Positions 1 to 9,652 of a stretch of 64,000 nt of DNA are shown here, piece by piece. Position 1 is the first letter of the stretch. The number at the start of each line of letters is the position of its first letter. The notes below the pieces were generated by a model. It did not search any database, was not told the origin of the DNA, and was given only the letters and a program-made list of their open reading frames with translations. The position numbers were made by a program, and so were the translations under genes. Origin of the DNA: Candidatus Undinarchaeales archaeon (GTDB lineage Archaea > SpSt-1190 > JASMDC01); assembly GCA_030753015.1 (NCBI GenBank), contig JASMDC010000018.1, positions 8,455 through 72,454 of the forward strand, written 5' to 3'.

Positions 1-1
1 C

Positions 2-1564
2 GGCCTCAAGGTCCCTGACGAGCTCTTCGTAATGCGAAAGAGCGTTGTCGATGGGAGCAACACCTCTGGATTCCAGCGCACCTGCCAGATAGGCATCCAG
101 ACCGAGGGATCAGTGCTCGAGACCACCAAGGTACCCGTCCGCATCGAGTCCCTCTTCATCGAAGAGGAGGCGGCCAAGATCGATAACAAGCGGTCCAAGG
201 GCCGGACGAGGCACTTCAGCCTCTCGCGTCTCTCCATCCCGCTCGTGGAGCTGGGTACATGCCCCGACATCGTGGATCCCGAGCACGCACGGGAGGTCGC
301 AGAGACCATAGGGCTCATGCTCCGAGCGACCGGTGCCATGAAACGTGGCATTGGGACAATCCGGCAGGACGTGAACATATCCATCTTCGGAGGGGCGCGT
401 ATCGAGGTCAAAGGATGGCAGGACCTGCGCTCCCTCTCCAAGCTCGTGGAGAACGAGACCACACGACAGGAGTCCCTGCTCAAGCTCATGGACGAGCTGA
501 AGGCCGCTGGGCTCGACAAGATACCCGGCGATGTTCTGGACGTCACCGAAACGTTCGCGAACGTGAAGACGAAGTTCCTGGCAAAGCTCATCAAGGACGG
601 TGGTCGCGTCGTGGCGACCCGACTCCCCGGATTCGATGGTAGGCTGAAGAAGGAGGTATGCACCGGACGCACACTCGGTCGGGAGTTGGCCGATTACGCC
701 GTTGCGGTAGGGGTCGGTGGCATCATCCATTCCGACGAGGATCTGAAGAAGTACGGCCTCGTCAAGGAGTTCTCCACCCTTCGCTCATCCCTTTCTGCTA
801 GCGAGAGCGACCTGGTGCTCATCGCCGCGGGCCCCGATGTCGTCGCCCGCAAGGCAGTGGACGCGGTCGTCGAGCGTGCCCGTTACCTTCTGGTGGGCAT
901 CCCCGAGGAGACCCGGGCACCTAACTACGATGACGCCACGACATCCTATGCTCGCCCCCTCCCGGGGGCCAAGCGGATGTACCCTGAGACGGACCTGCCA
1001 CCCCTTGCGGTCACAGAACTGATGTTACAGGAAGCGGAGGACGACCTTCCCGAGACCCCGGTCCAGCGAAAGAAGCGCTATCTGGGGATTGGGCTGTCCG
1101 ACGACCTCGCCGGGCAGCTCATCCGCTCGCGACACATGTTCCTCTTCGACAAGGCCGTGGAGCGTTTTGACATCAATCCCACCGTGGCCGCGTCGATCCT
1201 CACGACCATCGTGGTCGAGGTCCGGCGTAAGGACGGGGTGGACACGGACGAGATCGATGAGGATGGCTTCATGGAGCTCTTCGACATGCTCGCCGAAGGG
1301 AAGCTCGCAAAGGAGGCGATACCACGGGCGCTTGTCTGCTTGGCGAAGGGTGAGCCCATCGAAGTGGAAAACGTCTCCGGAGGCGAGCTTGATACAATCG
1401 TCGACCGTATCTTCACCGAGAAGGCAGGCATTATTGAGGCAAAGGGGGAGCGCGCGTTCGCCCCGCTCATGGGCCTTGCCATGAAGGAGGTACGAGGGAA
1501 GGTCGATGGCAAGCTCGTCGCCCAGGCGATACGTCAACGCCTCCAGGCTGCCCTGAAGGGCTAG
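2..1564 (+). CDS. gatE: Glu-tRNA(Gln) amidotransferase subunit E (5' end outside window)
   Basis: MRKSVVDGSNTSGFQRT, IEEEAA, RGIGTIRQDVNISI and RPLPGAKRMYPETD motifs; the frame is open back to base 2. Confidence 0.95.
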   Translation, partial: GLKVPDELFVMRKSVVDGSNTSGFQRTCQIGIQTEGSVLETTKVPVRIESLFIEEEAAKIDNKRSKGRTRHFSLSRLSIPLVELGTCPDIVDPEHAREVAETIGLMLRATGAMKRGIGTIRQDVNISIFGGARIEVKGWQDLRSLSKLVENETTRQESLLKLMDELKAAGLDKIPGDVLDVTETFANVKTKFLAKLIKDGGRVVATRLPGFDGRLKKEVCTGRTLGRELADYAVAVGVGGIIHSDEDLKKYGLVKEFSTLRSSLSASESDLVLIAAGPDVVARKAVDAVVERARYLLVGIPEETRAPNYDDATTSYARPLPGAKRMYPETDLPPLAVTELMLQEAEDDLPETPVQRKKRYLGIGLSDDLAGQLIRSRHMFLFDKAVERFDINPTVAASILTTIVVEVRRKDGVDTDEIDEDGFMELFDMLAEGKLAKEAIPRALVCLAKGEPIEVENVSGGELDTIVDRIFTEKAGIIEAKGERAFAPLMGLAMKEVRGKVDGKLVAQAIRQRLQAALKG

Positions 1565-1623
1565 TTTGATCCCCGCACCCCCAGAAAGCTATATAATCCG
1601 ACAGTGCCTAGGTACTAATAAGG

Positions 1624-2136
1624 ATGATGCGGCGGCGGATGATATACGGCACACGCGCTCAAGCGCCGGTCATAGGTGCGCTCCTCATGACGTTCATCTC
1701 CATCATGGTGTTCGGGGTGCTGTATAACGCCTATAATTACCTGGGCCAACTCATCGCTCGAGAGTGGAGCAATAAGCAGGAGGACATCGTTCGGGAGCGG
1801 GACCTGGACATCGTGTGGATCGGTCCGGGTCACGACAACAAGCTCTCAATCTATCTTAAGAACCTCAGCGAGAACGATCTCACTGACCTCACCATCGATG
1901 TGGGAGGGGATCTGGAGAGCGTCAAACGTATCGATACGGGGCAGGTCCTGGAACGTGGTGTAACCAAGTCCATCCCACTGTGCGACAAGGAAGGGTGGTG
2001 CCTGGAGCTAGAGCCGGGCAAGCACATCATACACGTGAGCTCCGCCCAAGGTGTGGAGTACAGGGAGGACCTTGTTCTTGACCTGGTGAACCTCAACCTC
2101 ACGGACCTGACGGTGGAGACCAAGACCACGACCTGA
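1624..2136 (+). CDS. archaeal type IV pilin-like protein (class III signal peptide)
   Basis: Basic N-terminus followed by RAQ-APVIGALLMTFISIMVFGVLY, typical of a PibD/ArlK cleavage site; beta-rich C-terminal domain. Confidence 0.7.
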   Translation: MMRRRMIYGTRAQAPVIGALLMTFISIMVFGVLYNAYNYLGQLIAREWSNKQEDIVRERDLDIVWIGPGHDNKLSIYLKNLSENDLTDLTIDVGGDLESVKRIDTGQVLERGVTKSIPLCDKEGWCLELEPGKHIIHVSSAQGVEYREDLVLDLVNLNLTDLTVETKTTT

Positions 2137-2141
2137 TCGGT

Positions 2142-3347
2142 CTACACGCCCGCCCGCACCCATGCCCTTTCCCGTGCAAGTCTGGCACGCTCTTCAAGGT
2201 TCTCCGCTTCCGTGACACGTCCGGTCGCTTGGTAGAGCTCGGCCAGATTCTCGAGCAGGTCGGCAACGAGATGATGATCGGGTCCAAGGGTCGCTTCCCA
2301 GATCGCCAAGGCCCTTAGATAGAACCTCTCTCCTTCAGCGAACCTCCCTTGTGCTCGGTAGAGGATGGCGAGGTTCTCCAGAGTTGTTGCGACATCGGGA
2401 TGGTCTGGCCCAAAGCGACGTTCACGGATGGTCAGAGCCTGCTGGAGCAGAGGCTCCGCATCCTCGAACTTGCCCATACCGCTCAGGAGCTCACCGATAT
2501 TGTTCAATGACGAGGCGACCTCCGGATGGTCCTGTCCGAAGGAGTGTGTCCTGATGGTCAGCGCTCGTTGGTAGAGGGGGAGTGCGTCGTCGAACCGGGC
2601 CATTCCCCGATAGAGCTTCGCGAGGTTGTTGAGCGAGGTCGCGACATCGGGATGGTCTGGCCCGAGGATGGTCTCACGGACGTTCAATGCCTCTAGGTAA
2701 AGTGGTTCGGCCTGGTCGTATCTGCCCCAGGCCCGATAGAGTTTGGCCTGGTTGTCGATAGCTGTAGCGACCTCCGGATGGTCCGGGCCATGGGCGGTCT
2801 TCAGGATGCCCACAGCCCTGACGTACAGGGGATCCGCTTCAGAGAACCGTCCAAGGACCGCGTACACAGCAGCTAGATTGTTGAGGGCCATTGCGACATC
2901 GAGGTCATCTACATCGGCCTCTTCCCAGATGGCAAGGGCCCGCAAATGAAGGGGGATAGTTTCGTGATACCGACCCTGCTGGTAGTACAGAGCAGCAAGG
3001 TTGTTGAGGCATGTGGCCACATCGGGGTGATGGGGCCCAAGGGACGACTCCCATATCGCCTTGGCCTCTAGGAAGTGCCCTTCGGCCTCGTCATACTTAC
3101 CGAGGACCTGCTCGTATTTCGCGAGATTGTTCAGCGAGACCGCCACGTCCGGGTGCGATGGGCCCTTGGAACGTCTGGCGAGCTCTACCATCCGCATCGC
3201 CAGAGAGGCAGCTTCACCGTACCGTCCCTGTTCCGCACGTATGGACGCCTCCACACCAAGCTCGTTCCACGTGGCCCCCTCTCCCGTATAGAGCGACATA
3301 ACTAGGACGACTACTAGAACGATCGGGATGGCCTCTTTTCTGCGCAT
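2142..3347 (-). CDS. secreted/anchored TPR protein with kinesin-light-chain-type 42-aa repeats
   Basis: About 8 repeats of HPDVAxSLNNLAxLYxxxGRxxEAxPLYxRAL; N-terminal hydrophobic segment. Confidence 0.9.
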   Translation of the reverse strand: MRRKEAIPIVLVVVLVMSLYTGEGATWNELGVEASIRAEQGRYGEAASLAMRMVELARRSKGPSHPDVAVSLNNLAKYEQVLGKYDEAEGHFLEAKAIWESSLGPHHPDVATCLNNLAALYYQQGRYHETIPLHLRALAIWEEADVDDLDVAMALNNLAAVYAVLGRFSEADPLYVRAVGILKTAHGPDHPEVATAIDNQAKLYRAWGRYDQAEPLYLEALNVRETILGPDHPDVATSLNNLAKLYRGMARFDDALPLYQRALTIRTHSFGQDHPEVASSLNNIGELLSGMGKFEDAEPLLQQALTIRERRFGPDHPDVATTLENLAILYRAQGRFAEGERFYLRALAIWEATLGPDHHLVADLLENLAELYQATGRVTEAENLEERARLARERAWVRAGV

Positions 3348-3358
3348 AGTCCGACACC

Positions 3359-3517
3359 TTACGGCAGCGCTAGGGCGAGGGCCCTCACGCTCATCATGAG
3401 CAGAATGAATATCGCGGCCATCATCGAGACGGTATCCCTCTTGGATAGGCGATATCGCTGATCGAGTAAGTTATTGCAGAGGCTGGGCGTGGCTCGTTCC
3501 TCCGTATATTTATCCAA
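3359..3517 (-). CDS. possible 52-aa membrane peptide (TTG start)
   Basis: Manual translation ends in hydrophobic MMAAIFILLMMSVRALALALP; stop lies 11 nt before the TPR gene start. Confidence 0.3.
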   Translation of the reverse strand: MDKYTEERATPSLCNNLLDQRYRLSKRDTVSMMAAIFILLMMSVRALALALP

Positions 3518-3732
3518 TCTCTACCGGTATAAGAGGCTTGGGGAGAATGTTTTCAGGACCGTCTGCACGGTCGCGTAAGGTCATTCCATTCTAGCTGAAA
3601 CGGGCGGATTATCTCCCCTACCTTTCCAAGAGAGAAAGAAAACCTTAAACGACAATATTGGGGACGAATAGGGATTTATTCATAATTCAGAGTGTGACGG
3701 GCCGCCCCTGGAACGGCCCGCCATAATTACTC

Positions 3733-5148
3733 TTATTCCTCTACCTTGGCGGGCTCGGGCTCTGGTTGTGGTTCCGGCTTCTTCTCCTTCTTCTTACCCT
3801 TGCCCGTGAGGAAGAAGCCCATTATCGAGTTGGCATAGGAAACGGCGCCGATGAGGACCAGCCCGATACCGCCCATCGTTCGCTTCTCCAGACTGATCTT
3901 CACCTGGTCGCGGATGTTGCTGATGTAGATCTTGGACACGCCAAGAGCGATGCGGCTCTCAAGTTTCTCACCCTCCATCCGACTCATGATGGGCCCGTCG
4001 TCATCGAGGATCGCGGTGACCTTCGTGCCCAGCTTCATGAACCCGAAGAGCAGCACACCGGCGATCATCAGTGCGATGCCGAAGTACTTGAAGGCGTCCT
4101 TGAACCCTGTAGAGATGCTCAGGCTCAGCACCCCGTTGATGAGGAACAGTCCTCCTCCGAGGATGAGGTCGAGCACCACGAAGATGATGAGACCCGTCTT
4201 GAGCTTTCCGTTGAGCTCGGCAGGGGTCAGTTTATCGTTCACCAGGGGGAACACCATGGCGATGGGGCTTGACAGCAGGGGGAGGGCGATGGCGAAGATG
4301 GCCTCGGGGCCCCGCTCCTGGAACATCGCCTTGGGTTCGGAGAGCGAGCCGGAGAGGCCGAGGTTCATCTCCTTGTACTTCTTCGAGAAGTCAGCGGTCC
4401 CCTTCACGCTCGCCTGGAGTTCCTTGAACTTGGTGACCTGGGGATCGGTGATGTTCAGGATCGTGTCCGCGCCAAGGACCTTCCCAGCGGTCTGGATGCT
4501 GATAACGAGGGTATCGCCCAAAGCGTTCCCGTAGAGGTTCTCAACCTTCTCATCCATGCCCTTCTTCGCACCGGGCTCGGTAAGCTCGGCCTCGCGGATC
4601 GCGGCTAGCTGAATCTGAGCTACGAGCTCCTTTTTGATCTCCTCGGTATCGCTCTCCTCGATCATCTTCCTGGAAAGCAGCTGTTTCTGCTCGCTCGTCA
4701 GCTCGAGCTTGTCGACACCCAGCTTATTGTGCAGGTCCTTCGCCGCAAGCTCCTCTTCCATCTTGTCGAAGAGGATGGTGCCCACGGCTGTGTTCACCTT
4801 ATCCTTATCAGACTCGGCTATCCCCTCCACGAGGTCAGTCTTCGTCTGACCCTCGAGCTCGAACTCGTCGTGCTCCGCGTCGATGGCGACGACGATGATG
4901 TCCACTATCTTCTCGAGGTCATCGTCCTGTATCAGTACATCGAGGCTCGCCTTCATGCTCCCCTCGGTGGAGAGGTAGAAGGCGAAGAACATCTCGGCAG
5001 TAAGCAACACTGTGATTATCAGCAACGCCGCAAGCATCATGTTCAGCATACCACGAACGAGCGAAACCACCACAACACCAAGCACGATTGCGAGCACGGC
5101 GGCCACAGCGATCATGAGCGGTCCGGACATCAGCATCTCAAGTCCCAT
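3733..5148 (-). CDS. hypothetical multi-pass membrane protein with large helical soluble domain
   Basis: 471 aa ORF, TM segments at both ends, charged helical middle, KKKEKKPEPQPEPEP tail. Confidence 0.75.
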   Translation of the reverse strand: MGLEMLMSGPLMIAVAAVLAIVLGVVVVSLVRGMLNMMLAALLIITVLLTAEMFFAFYLSTEGSMKASLDVLIQDDDLEKIVDIIVVAIDAEHDEFELEGQTKTDLVEGIAESDKDKVNTAVGTILFDKMEEELAAKDLHNKLGVDKLELTSEQKQLLSRKMIEESDTEEIKKELVAQIQLAAIREAELTEPGAKKGMDEKVENLYGNALGDTLVISIQTAGKVLGADTILNITDPQVTKFKELQASVKGTADFSKKYKEMNLGLSGSLSEPKAMFQERGPEAIFAIALPLLSSPIAMVFPLVNDKLTPAELNGKLKTGLIIFVVLDLILGGGLFLINGVLSLSISTGFKDAFKYFGIALMIAGVLLFGFMKLGTKVTAILDDDGPIMSRMEGEKLESRIALGVSKIYISNIRDQVKISLEKRTMGGIGLVLIGAVSYANSIMGFFLTGKGKKKEKKPEPQPEPEPAKVEE

Positions 5149-5206
5149 AGGATTGCACCGGCGGTCAAGGTAGGCGCTCTCCTTTAAAAAGGTTCACCCG
5201 TCCGTG

Positions 5207-5223
5207 CCAAAAGGTTTTTTAAC
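5207..5223 (+). promoter_or_regulatory. BRE/TATA promoter for the C/D box RNA
   Basis: ccaaaaggttttttaac about 25 nt upstream of the RNA terminal stem. Confidence 0.55.
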
Positions 5224-5244
5224 AGGCCGGTCTACCGTCCTTCC

Positions 5245-5386
5245 CGCGCGGATGATGAGGTGTAACACCCACTGACCTTGCCCGATGAAGAGTATTTCGC
5301 TAGCCTAGTCCGAAAGGGCGATGACAGCAAACTGTCTCTCTGAGATGTGCGGGGTATGACGAACGGTTGGTAGCTTTTGACGCGCG
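5245..5386 (+). ncRNA. box C/D guide sRNA, apparently with four guide units
   Basis: CGCGCG terminal stem (5245-5250/5381-5386); C-like boxes ATGATGA, ATGAAGA, GCGATGA, ATGACGA; D-like boxes CTGA, CTAG, CTGA, TTGA; spacers of 13-15 nt. Confidence 0.75.
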
Positions 5387-5388
5387 TC

Positions 5389-6003
5389 CTACCGAACTTT
5401 CAGTTCGACCTTACTTACTAGTCCCTCCACCCACGTCACCACGGCATGCCCCTCGGTGATGGGTGGTGTGTTCACCAACCAGGTATCAGTGGCCTCGTAC
5501 CGCATGATCTGTGGGCTGTGGACGTGGCCGGAAAGGGAGAGTGAGGGGGAGAGTGAGGCCACGAGGTGCGTGATAGTCGAACACCCTCGCCAGAGAGGGC
5601 GGGGCGACTCGTGGGTGAGGAGCACGTCGACGTGACCGGCCTCCTTCAGACGTGCTACTTCAGCCTTTCTGAAGTGACCACGCTTACGCGGTCGCTCGGC
5701 CCACACGCCCCCGAGAGCGCCAGCCGTGGCATCGAGCTCGGGGATCCGTGCGACCGTTCCCGATGGGATGAGGGTGAGCCCACGGAACGTCCGTCGACCG
5801 GTAAGGATATCGTCCACCTGTTGCCAATCCTCATGGTTCCCGGGGACAGCGTACACGGGGATTTCGGAGTCCCAGTACCCTTCGGCGTCACCGAGCACGA
5901 AGATGAGGTCGACGCGCTCGTCGGCAGCGGCTTCTCGGGCGAGATCGGCACGTCCATGGAGGTCCGAGCAGCATAGGATGCGGACCGTGTCGTTGCCTCC
6001 CAT
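5389..6003 (-). CDS. calcineurin-like metallophosphoesterase
   Basis: SDLHG, LGD, PGNHE, THE and SGHVH motifs. Confidence 0.9.
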   Translation of the reverse strand: MGGNDTVRILCCSDLHGRADLAREAAADERVDLIFVLGDAEGYWDSEIPVYAVPGNHEDWQQVDDILTGRRTFRGLTLIPSGTVARIPELDATAGALGGVWAERPRKRGHFRKAEVARLKEAGHVDVLLTHESPRPLWRGCSTITHLVASLSPSLSLSGHVHSPQIMRYEATDTWLVNTPPITEGHAVVTWVEGLVSKVELKVR

Positions 6004-6078
6004 ATCGGATCCCACCGCCGTAGGCGGCGCCCCGGGAACCTTTAAATATCTCACGACATCTGCTCAGGACGAAGCAAC

Positions 6079-7323
6079 ATGGAAGATTCAGAACTCATCA
6101 AGAAGGTCGCAACGGGCGAGGTCAGACTCCACCAAGTCGAGGGTCTTGTGGACGGCGACATCGACCGCGCCACCGAGATCCGACGGGTCGCCCTCGAACA
6201 GGCCTTAGGAGTTTCCCTCGAGAACTTGGGCTCCAGCGCGATCGAGATGAGCATCACACGTGCCAGGAACGTCGAGAATGCCATAGGGTGGACACAGATC
6301 CCCACCGGGATAGCTGGCCCGATCAAGGTCACGGGCGAGTATGCCGACGGTAACTACTATCTGCCCATGGCCACGACCGAGGGCGCGCTGCTGGCCTCGG
6401 TGGCCCGGGGCTGCTCGGCCATCTCCAAGTCCGGCGGCGCTACGGCCCGCGTGCTCCGCTCCCTGATGACACGTGCTCCTGTGATGAAGGTGCCGGACAC
6501 CGACCATGCCGTACAGCTCAAGCGATGGATCGAGGAGAACTTCGACAAGGTGGCGGCGGCCTTCAAGGGTGACGAGCCCTTTGTATGGCTGCGGGAACTA
6601 AAGATCTGGATCGTCGGGCGGAACGTGTTCATCAGGTTCCTTGCCGATCCTGCTGATGCCATGGGCATGAACATGATCTCGAAAGGGAGCCGTGCTGCCT
6701 GTGACTTCATCAGCGAGCACAATCCTTACGCCATCCTCATCGCCACCTCCGGGAACCTCTGCGTCGACAAGAAGCCCTCGGCAATGAACTGGATCGAGGG
6801 AAGGGGCAAGACCGTCCAGGCCGATGTGATCCTTCCCCGGGAGATCGTCCAGAAGATGTTCAAATGCACGCCCGAGGCCCTCTCGGACGTGGCCTACCGG
6901 AAGCTGTACATAGGTGGCGCTCAGGCCGCGGCCTACGGCTTCAATGCGCACGTGGCGAACATCATCGCGGCTCTCTTCATCGCAACGGGACAGGATCCCG
7001 CCCAGGTCGTGGAATCGTCCATGTCGATGGTCACAGCCGAGGTTACGGATGAAGGTGACCTCTATGCCAGCATCACCCTTCCATCGCTCGAGGTCGCTAC
7101 ACTCGGTGGTGGGACAGGGCTCCCCACCCAGCTCGAGGCGCAGAACATCCTTGGATGCTCAGGTCCGAACACGAAGGACCCGGGCGCCAACGCCAAGAAA
7201 ATCGCCGAGATCTTCGCTGCAGCGGCCCTTGCCGGGGAACTTTCCCTTCTGGGCGCACTGGCTGCTGGCCATCTGGTAACAGCCCACGAACGCCTGGGAC
7301 GCGGCAACGTGACCAAGGAGTGA
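6079..7323 (+). CDS. hmgA: hydroxymethylglutaryl-CoA reductase (NADPH, class I)
   Basis: ENAIG, PMATTEGAL, DAMGMNM, GQDPAQVVES and GGGT motifs. Confidence 0.97.
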   Translation: MEDSELIKKVATGEVRLHQVEGLVDGDIDRATEIRRVALEQALGVSLENLGSSAIEMSITRARNVENAIGWTQIPTGIAGPIKVTGEYADGNYYLPMATTEGALLASVARGCSAISKSGGATARVLRSLMTRAPVMKVPDTDHAVQLKRWIEENFDKVAAAFKGDEPFVWLRELKIWIVGRNVFIRFLADPADAMGMNMISKGSRAACDFISEHNPYAILIATSGNLCVDKKPSAMNWIEGRGKTVQADVILPREIVQKMFKCTPEALSDVAYRKLYIGGAQAAAYGFNAHVANIIAALFIATGQDPAQVVESSMSMVTAEVTDEGDLYASITLPSLEVATLGGGTGLPTQLEAQNILGCSGPNTKDPGANAKKIAEIFAAAALAGELSLLGALAAGHLVTAHERLGRGNVTKE

Positions 7324-7327
7324 GTTC

Positions 7328-9250
7328 TTGGACGGCGATGGGGTTCATCCGCGGATCGTAGGGACCACGATATTTGTCGTGGCCCTATTCCTTCTTGCAC
7401 ATGTCATTCCCTCGTCGGTCGTGCTCCCCTTGGTGGCTGTAACAGAGAGCGGCGAGGGCATCATCACTGACCTCATCGTCGAGGTGCGGCCCGGCTCGGG
7501 TCGTGCCCTCTCTGAGATAGTTCCTCCGCTCGAGCTCAACACTCAGCGCTCCCTCGAGGCCGCCATCTCGGCCGCCGAGATGCTGGAAGGGGTGTCCTTC
7601 GCGGACCGTGACATCATATTCTCCTTCGACACGTCAGCCCGCTCGGTAACGGGCCCATCTGCAGGCCTGCCCACAGCGGTGGCGCTCGCGGCCATCATAC
7701 GGGGACGCACTCCCAGGAGCGATGTAGTGCTCACAGGCTCTGTTGAAGCGGACGGTGACGTCCAGCCTGTGGGGGGTCTGCTCCAGAAGGCCCAGGCCGT
7801 GGCCCATTCCGGTCGAACCCTGGTGGTCCCGCAGGGGCAGGGTACGCTTATCGCGCCCCTCCCGCTCGTGATCGGTTTCATCGAACATGGGGCACCCTTA
7901 CTTGCGGGGAGTGCACTCGCGCCCACCTTCGTCGATCACCGCGATATGGTCCTGTCACGAGGTCTTTCGTCCATGGCGCTAGCACCGTTCATCCAGGAGC
8001 ACTATGGTGTCGAGCTCAAGGAGGCGGGCACTCTGCGAGAGGCTGTGGACATCGCGTTGGACGGAGAGGTGTCCGCGCGACCTTCCGGCCCGAGCAATAT
8101 CACGACCGTGATTGAGGCCGTGGCCATGACAGAGCTGAAGCGGGCCAAGGAGGCCTTCTACGAGGTGCGCGACCTCAATGGTACACATTCCATCCAAGAA
8201 CGCATCGACCGGGCGGACGATTTACTGGCACGAGGATACCGATATCCTGCGGCCTCGGACGCGTTCAGAGCAGTCATCGATATCAAGTCCCTCCACTTCC
8301 GGGAGGAGCTCGACAACAAGACCGACGCCGAACGCCGGCGTGTGGTACTGGGTCGTATCAGGACGATACGTCGCGACGCCGCGATGCTCGAACAAGACAT
8401 TGGTGCTACAACTCTCCCTCCGCTGCGGATGGAACTGATCGTGTTCGCGCAACAGCGACTGATGTGGGCCGAGTACTTCCTCTCCCTCATCGTCACCGGA
8501 CTAGGGGAGAGCGTGGAGGTACCGGACGATGAGCTGTTCGCTTTCTATGTCATGGCCGCCGAGGAGTGGGTGCACGGCGCATCGGTGTTTCATGAGCACG
8601 CGAAGGCCATTGAACCCGCTGGCAAGCCCAGGGACGTGGCGTCCCATTGTGCTGACCTCATGGAGGGGGCGCGTACCGGTATCATCAGTGCCCAGAACCT
8701 CGGGATCCCGGACCTTGTGGGGGCCGACCGCTTCTACCTGGCATCCCGTCTTGAGGAACAGAAGGGGTGGACCGTCGCTTCCTGCTTCGATGCTGCCTCG
8801 GCATACGCGACGACAGAGGCGCTCTCGGCCAATCTCAACGACCTCGAAGCACGGGCGCACTTAGAGGTGAACACGAGCTTCGAGCCCACCCATCTCTCGG
8901 GTTTTATCAACCAGGAGTACGCACTTCTCTCTCTCGAGGAGATAGGGAACGGGACGAGCAGCGCGCTGGACGCTGTACTGTTCGCTCGCCGGGCCGTTGC
9001 ATCCGAAGCTCTCGCTCTGCGGATCGCACAGGGACCGCCGTCCACACAAGCACCGATACAGGGGACCGAAGAAACGGCATCGCGATCGCTCAAGCTCGTT
9101 GCAGCCGTGAACATCACGTTCTTATTACTTGGCTTCATGCTGTGGCTCGGTCAGGGCCATGGTGGAGATCGACGTCATAGAGATCAAGAACCCGAACACG
9201 AACGAGATAATCATCGGTCAGGGGAACTTCTCCGTAAAGACGATCGATGA
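7328..9250 (+). CDS. archaeal Lon-like S16 serine protease (COG1750-like), membrane anchored
   Basis: Signal peptide, GPSAG catalytic Ser, VGGLLQKAQA Lys, helical domain, C-terminal TM. Confidence 0.85.
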   Translation: MDGDGVHPRIVGTTIFVVALFLLAHVIPSSVVLPLVAVTESGEGIITDLIVEVRPGSGRALSEIVPPLELNTQRSLEAAISAAEMLEGVSFADRDIIFSFDTSARSVTGPSAGLPTAVALAAIIRGRTPRSDVVLTGSVEADGDVQPVGGLLQKAQAVAHSGRTLVVPQGQGTLIAPLPLVIGFIEHGAPLLAGSALAPTFVDHRDMVLSRGLSSMALAPFIQEHYGVELKEAGTLREAVDIALDGEVSARPSGPSNITTVIEAVAMTELKRAKEAFYEVRDLNGTHSIQERIDRADDLLARGYRYPAASDAFRAVIDIKSLHFREELDNKTDAERRRVVLGRIRTIRRDAAMLEQDIGATTLPPLRMELIVFAQQRLMWAEYFLSLIVTGLGESVEVPDDELFAFYVMAAEEWVHGASVFHEHAKAIEPAGKPRDVASHCADLMEGARTGIISAQNLGIPDLVGADRFYLASRLEEQKGWTVASCFDAASAYATTEALSANLNDLEARAHLEVNTSFEPTHLSGFINQEYALLSLEEIGNGTSSALDAVLFARRAVASEALALRIAQGPPSTQAPIQGTEETASRSLKLVAAVNITFLLLGFMLWLGQGHGGDRRHRDQEPEHERDNHRSGELLRKDDR

Positions 9251-9647
9251 TATGTACACGGCCATCATCTCGACAGTGCCGAACGTGAAGTTCGGAGTTG
9301 CCATGAACGAGAGCAAGCCTCAGCTCACCCGGATGAACGGGAACGATGACGGTCTCAAGGATCTTGCGTCCCAGACGGCCCTCGACATAGCAGCGGGTCA
9401 TGTGTTCGTCATCTATCTCGACGGTGCCTACCCCATCAACCTCCTCAACACGATCAATGCCATCCCTTGTGTGGTCAATATCTATGTGGCGACCTCCAAT
9501 CCGCTCGAGCTACTTGTGGCCAAGACCGGCCTCGGCCGTGCCGTGGTGGGGGTCGTGGACGGGCTCCACGCAACGAAGAAGGAGACCGATGAGGAAGTGC
9601 AGGCACGTCGGGACCTCGTCAAGGAGCTGGGTTTCCTCCCGGCCTGA
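9159..9647 (+). CDS. adenosine-specific kinase / DUF355 family protein
   Basis: IIGQGNF, FGVAMNES, AAGHVFVI, YPINLLN, ATSNP and GRAVVGVVDG motifs. Confidence 0.85.
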   Translation: MVEIDVIEIKNPNTNEIIIGQGNFSVKTIDDMYTAIISTVPNVKFGVAMNESKPQLTRMNGNDDGLKDLASQTALDIAAGHVFVIYLDGAYPINLLNTINAIPCVVNIYVATSNPLELLVAKTGLGRAVVGVVDGLHATKKETDEEVQARRDLVKELGFLPA

Positions 9648-9652
9648 ACCGT

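Noticed and set aside
2142-3347. 126-bp periodic DNA repeats
   Set aside because: Explained by TPR coding repeats; not CRISPR or a DGR
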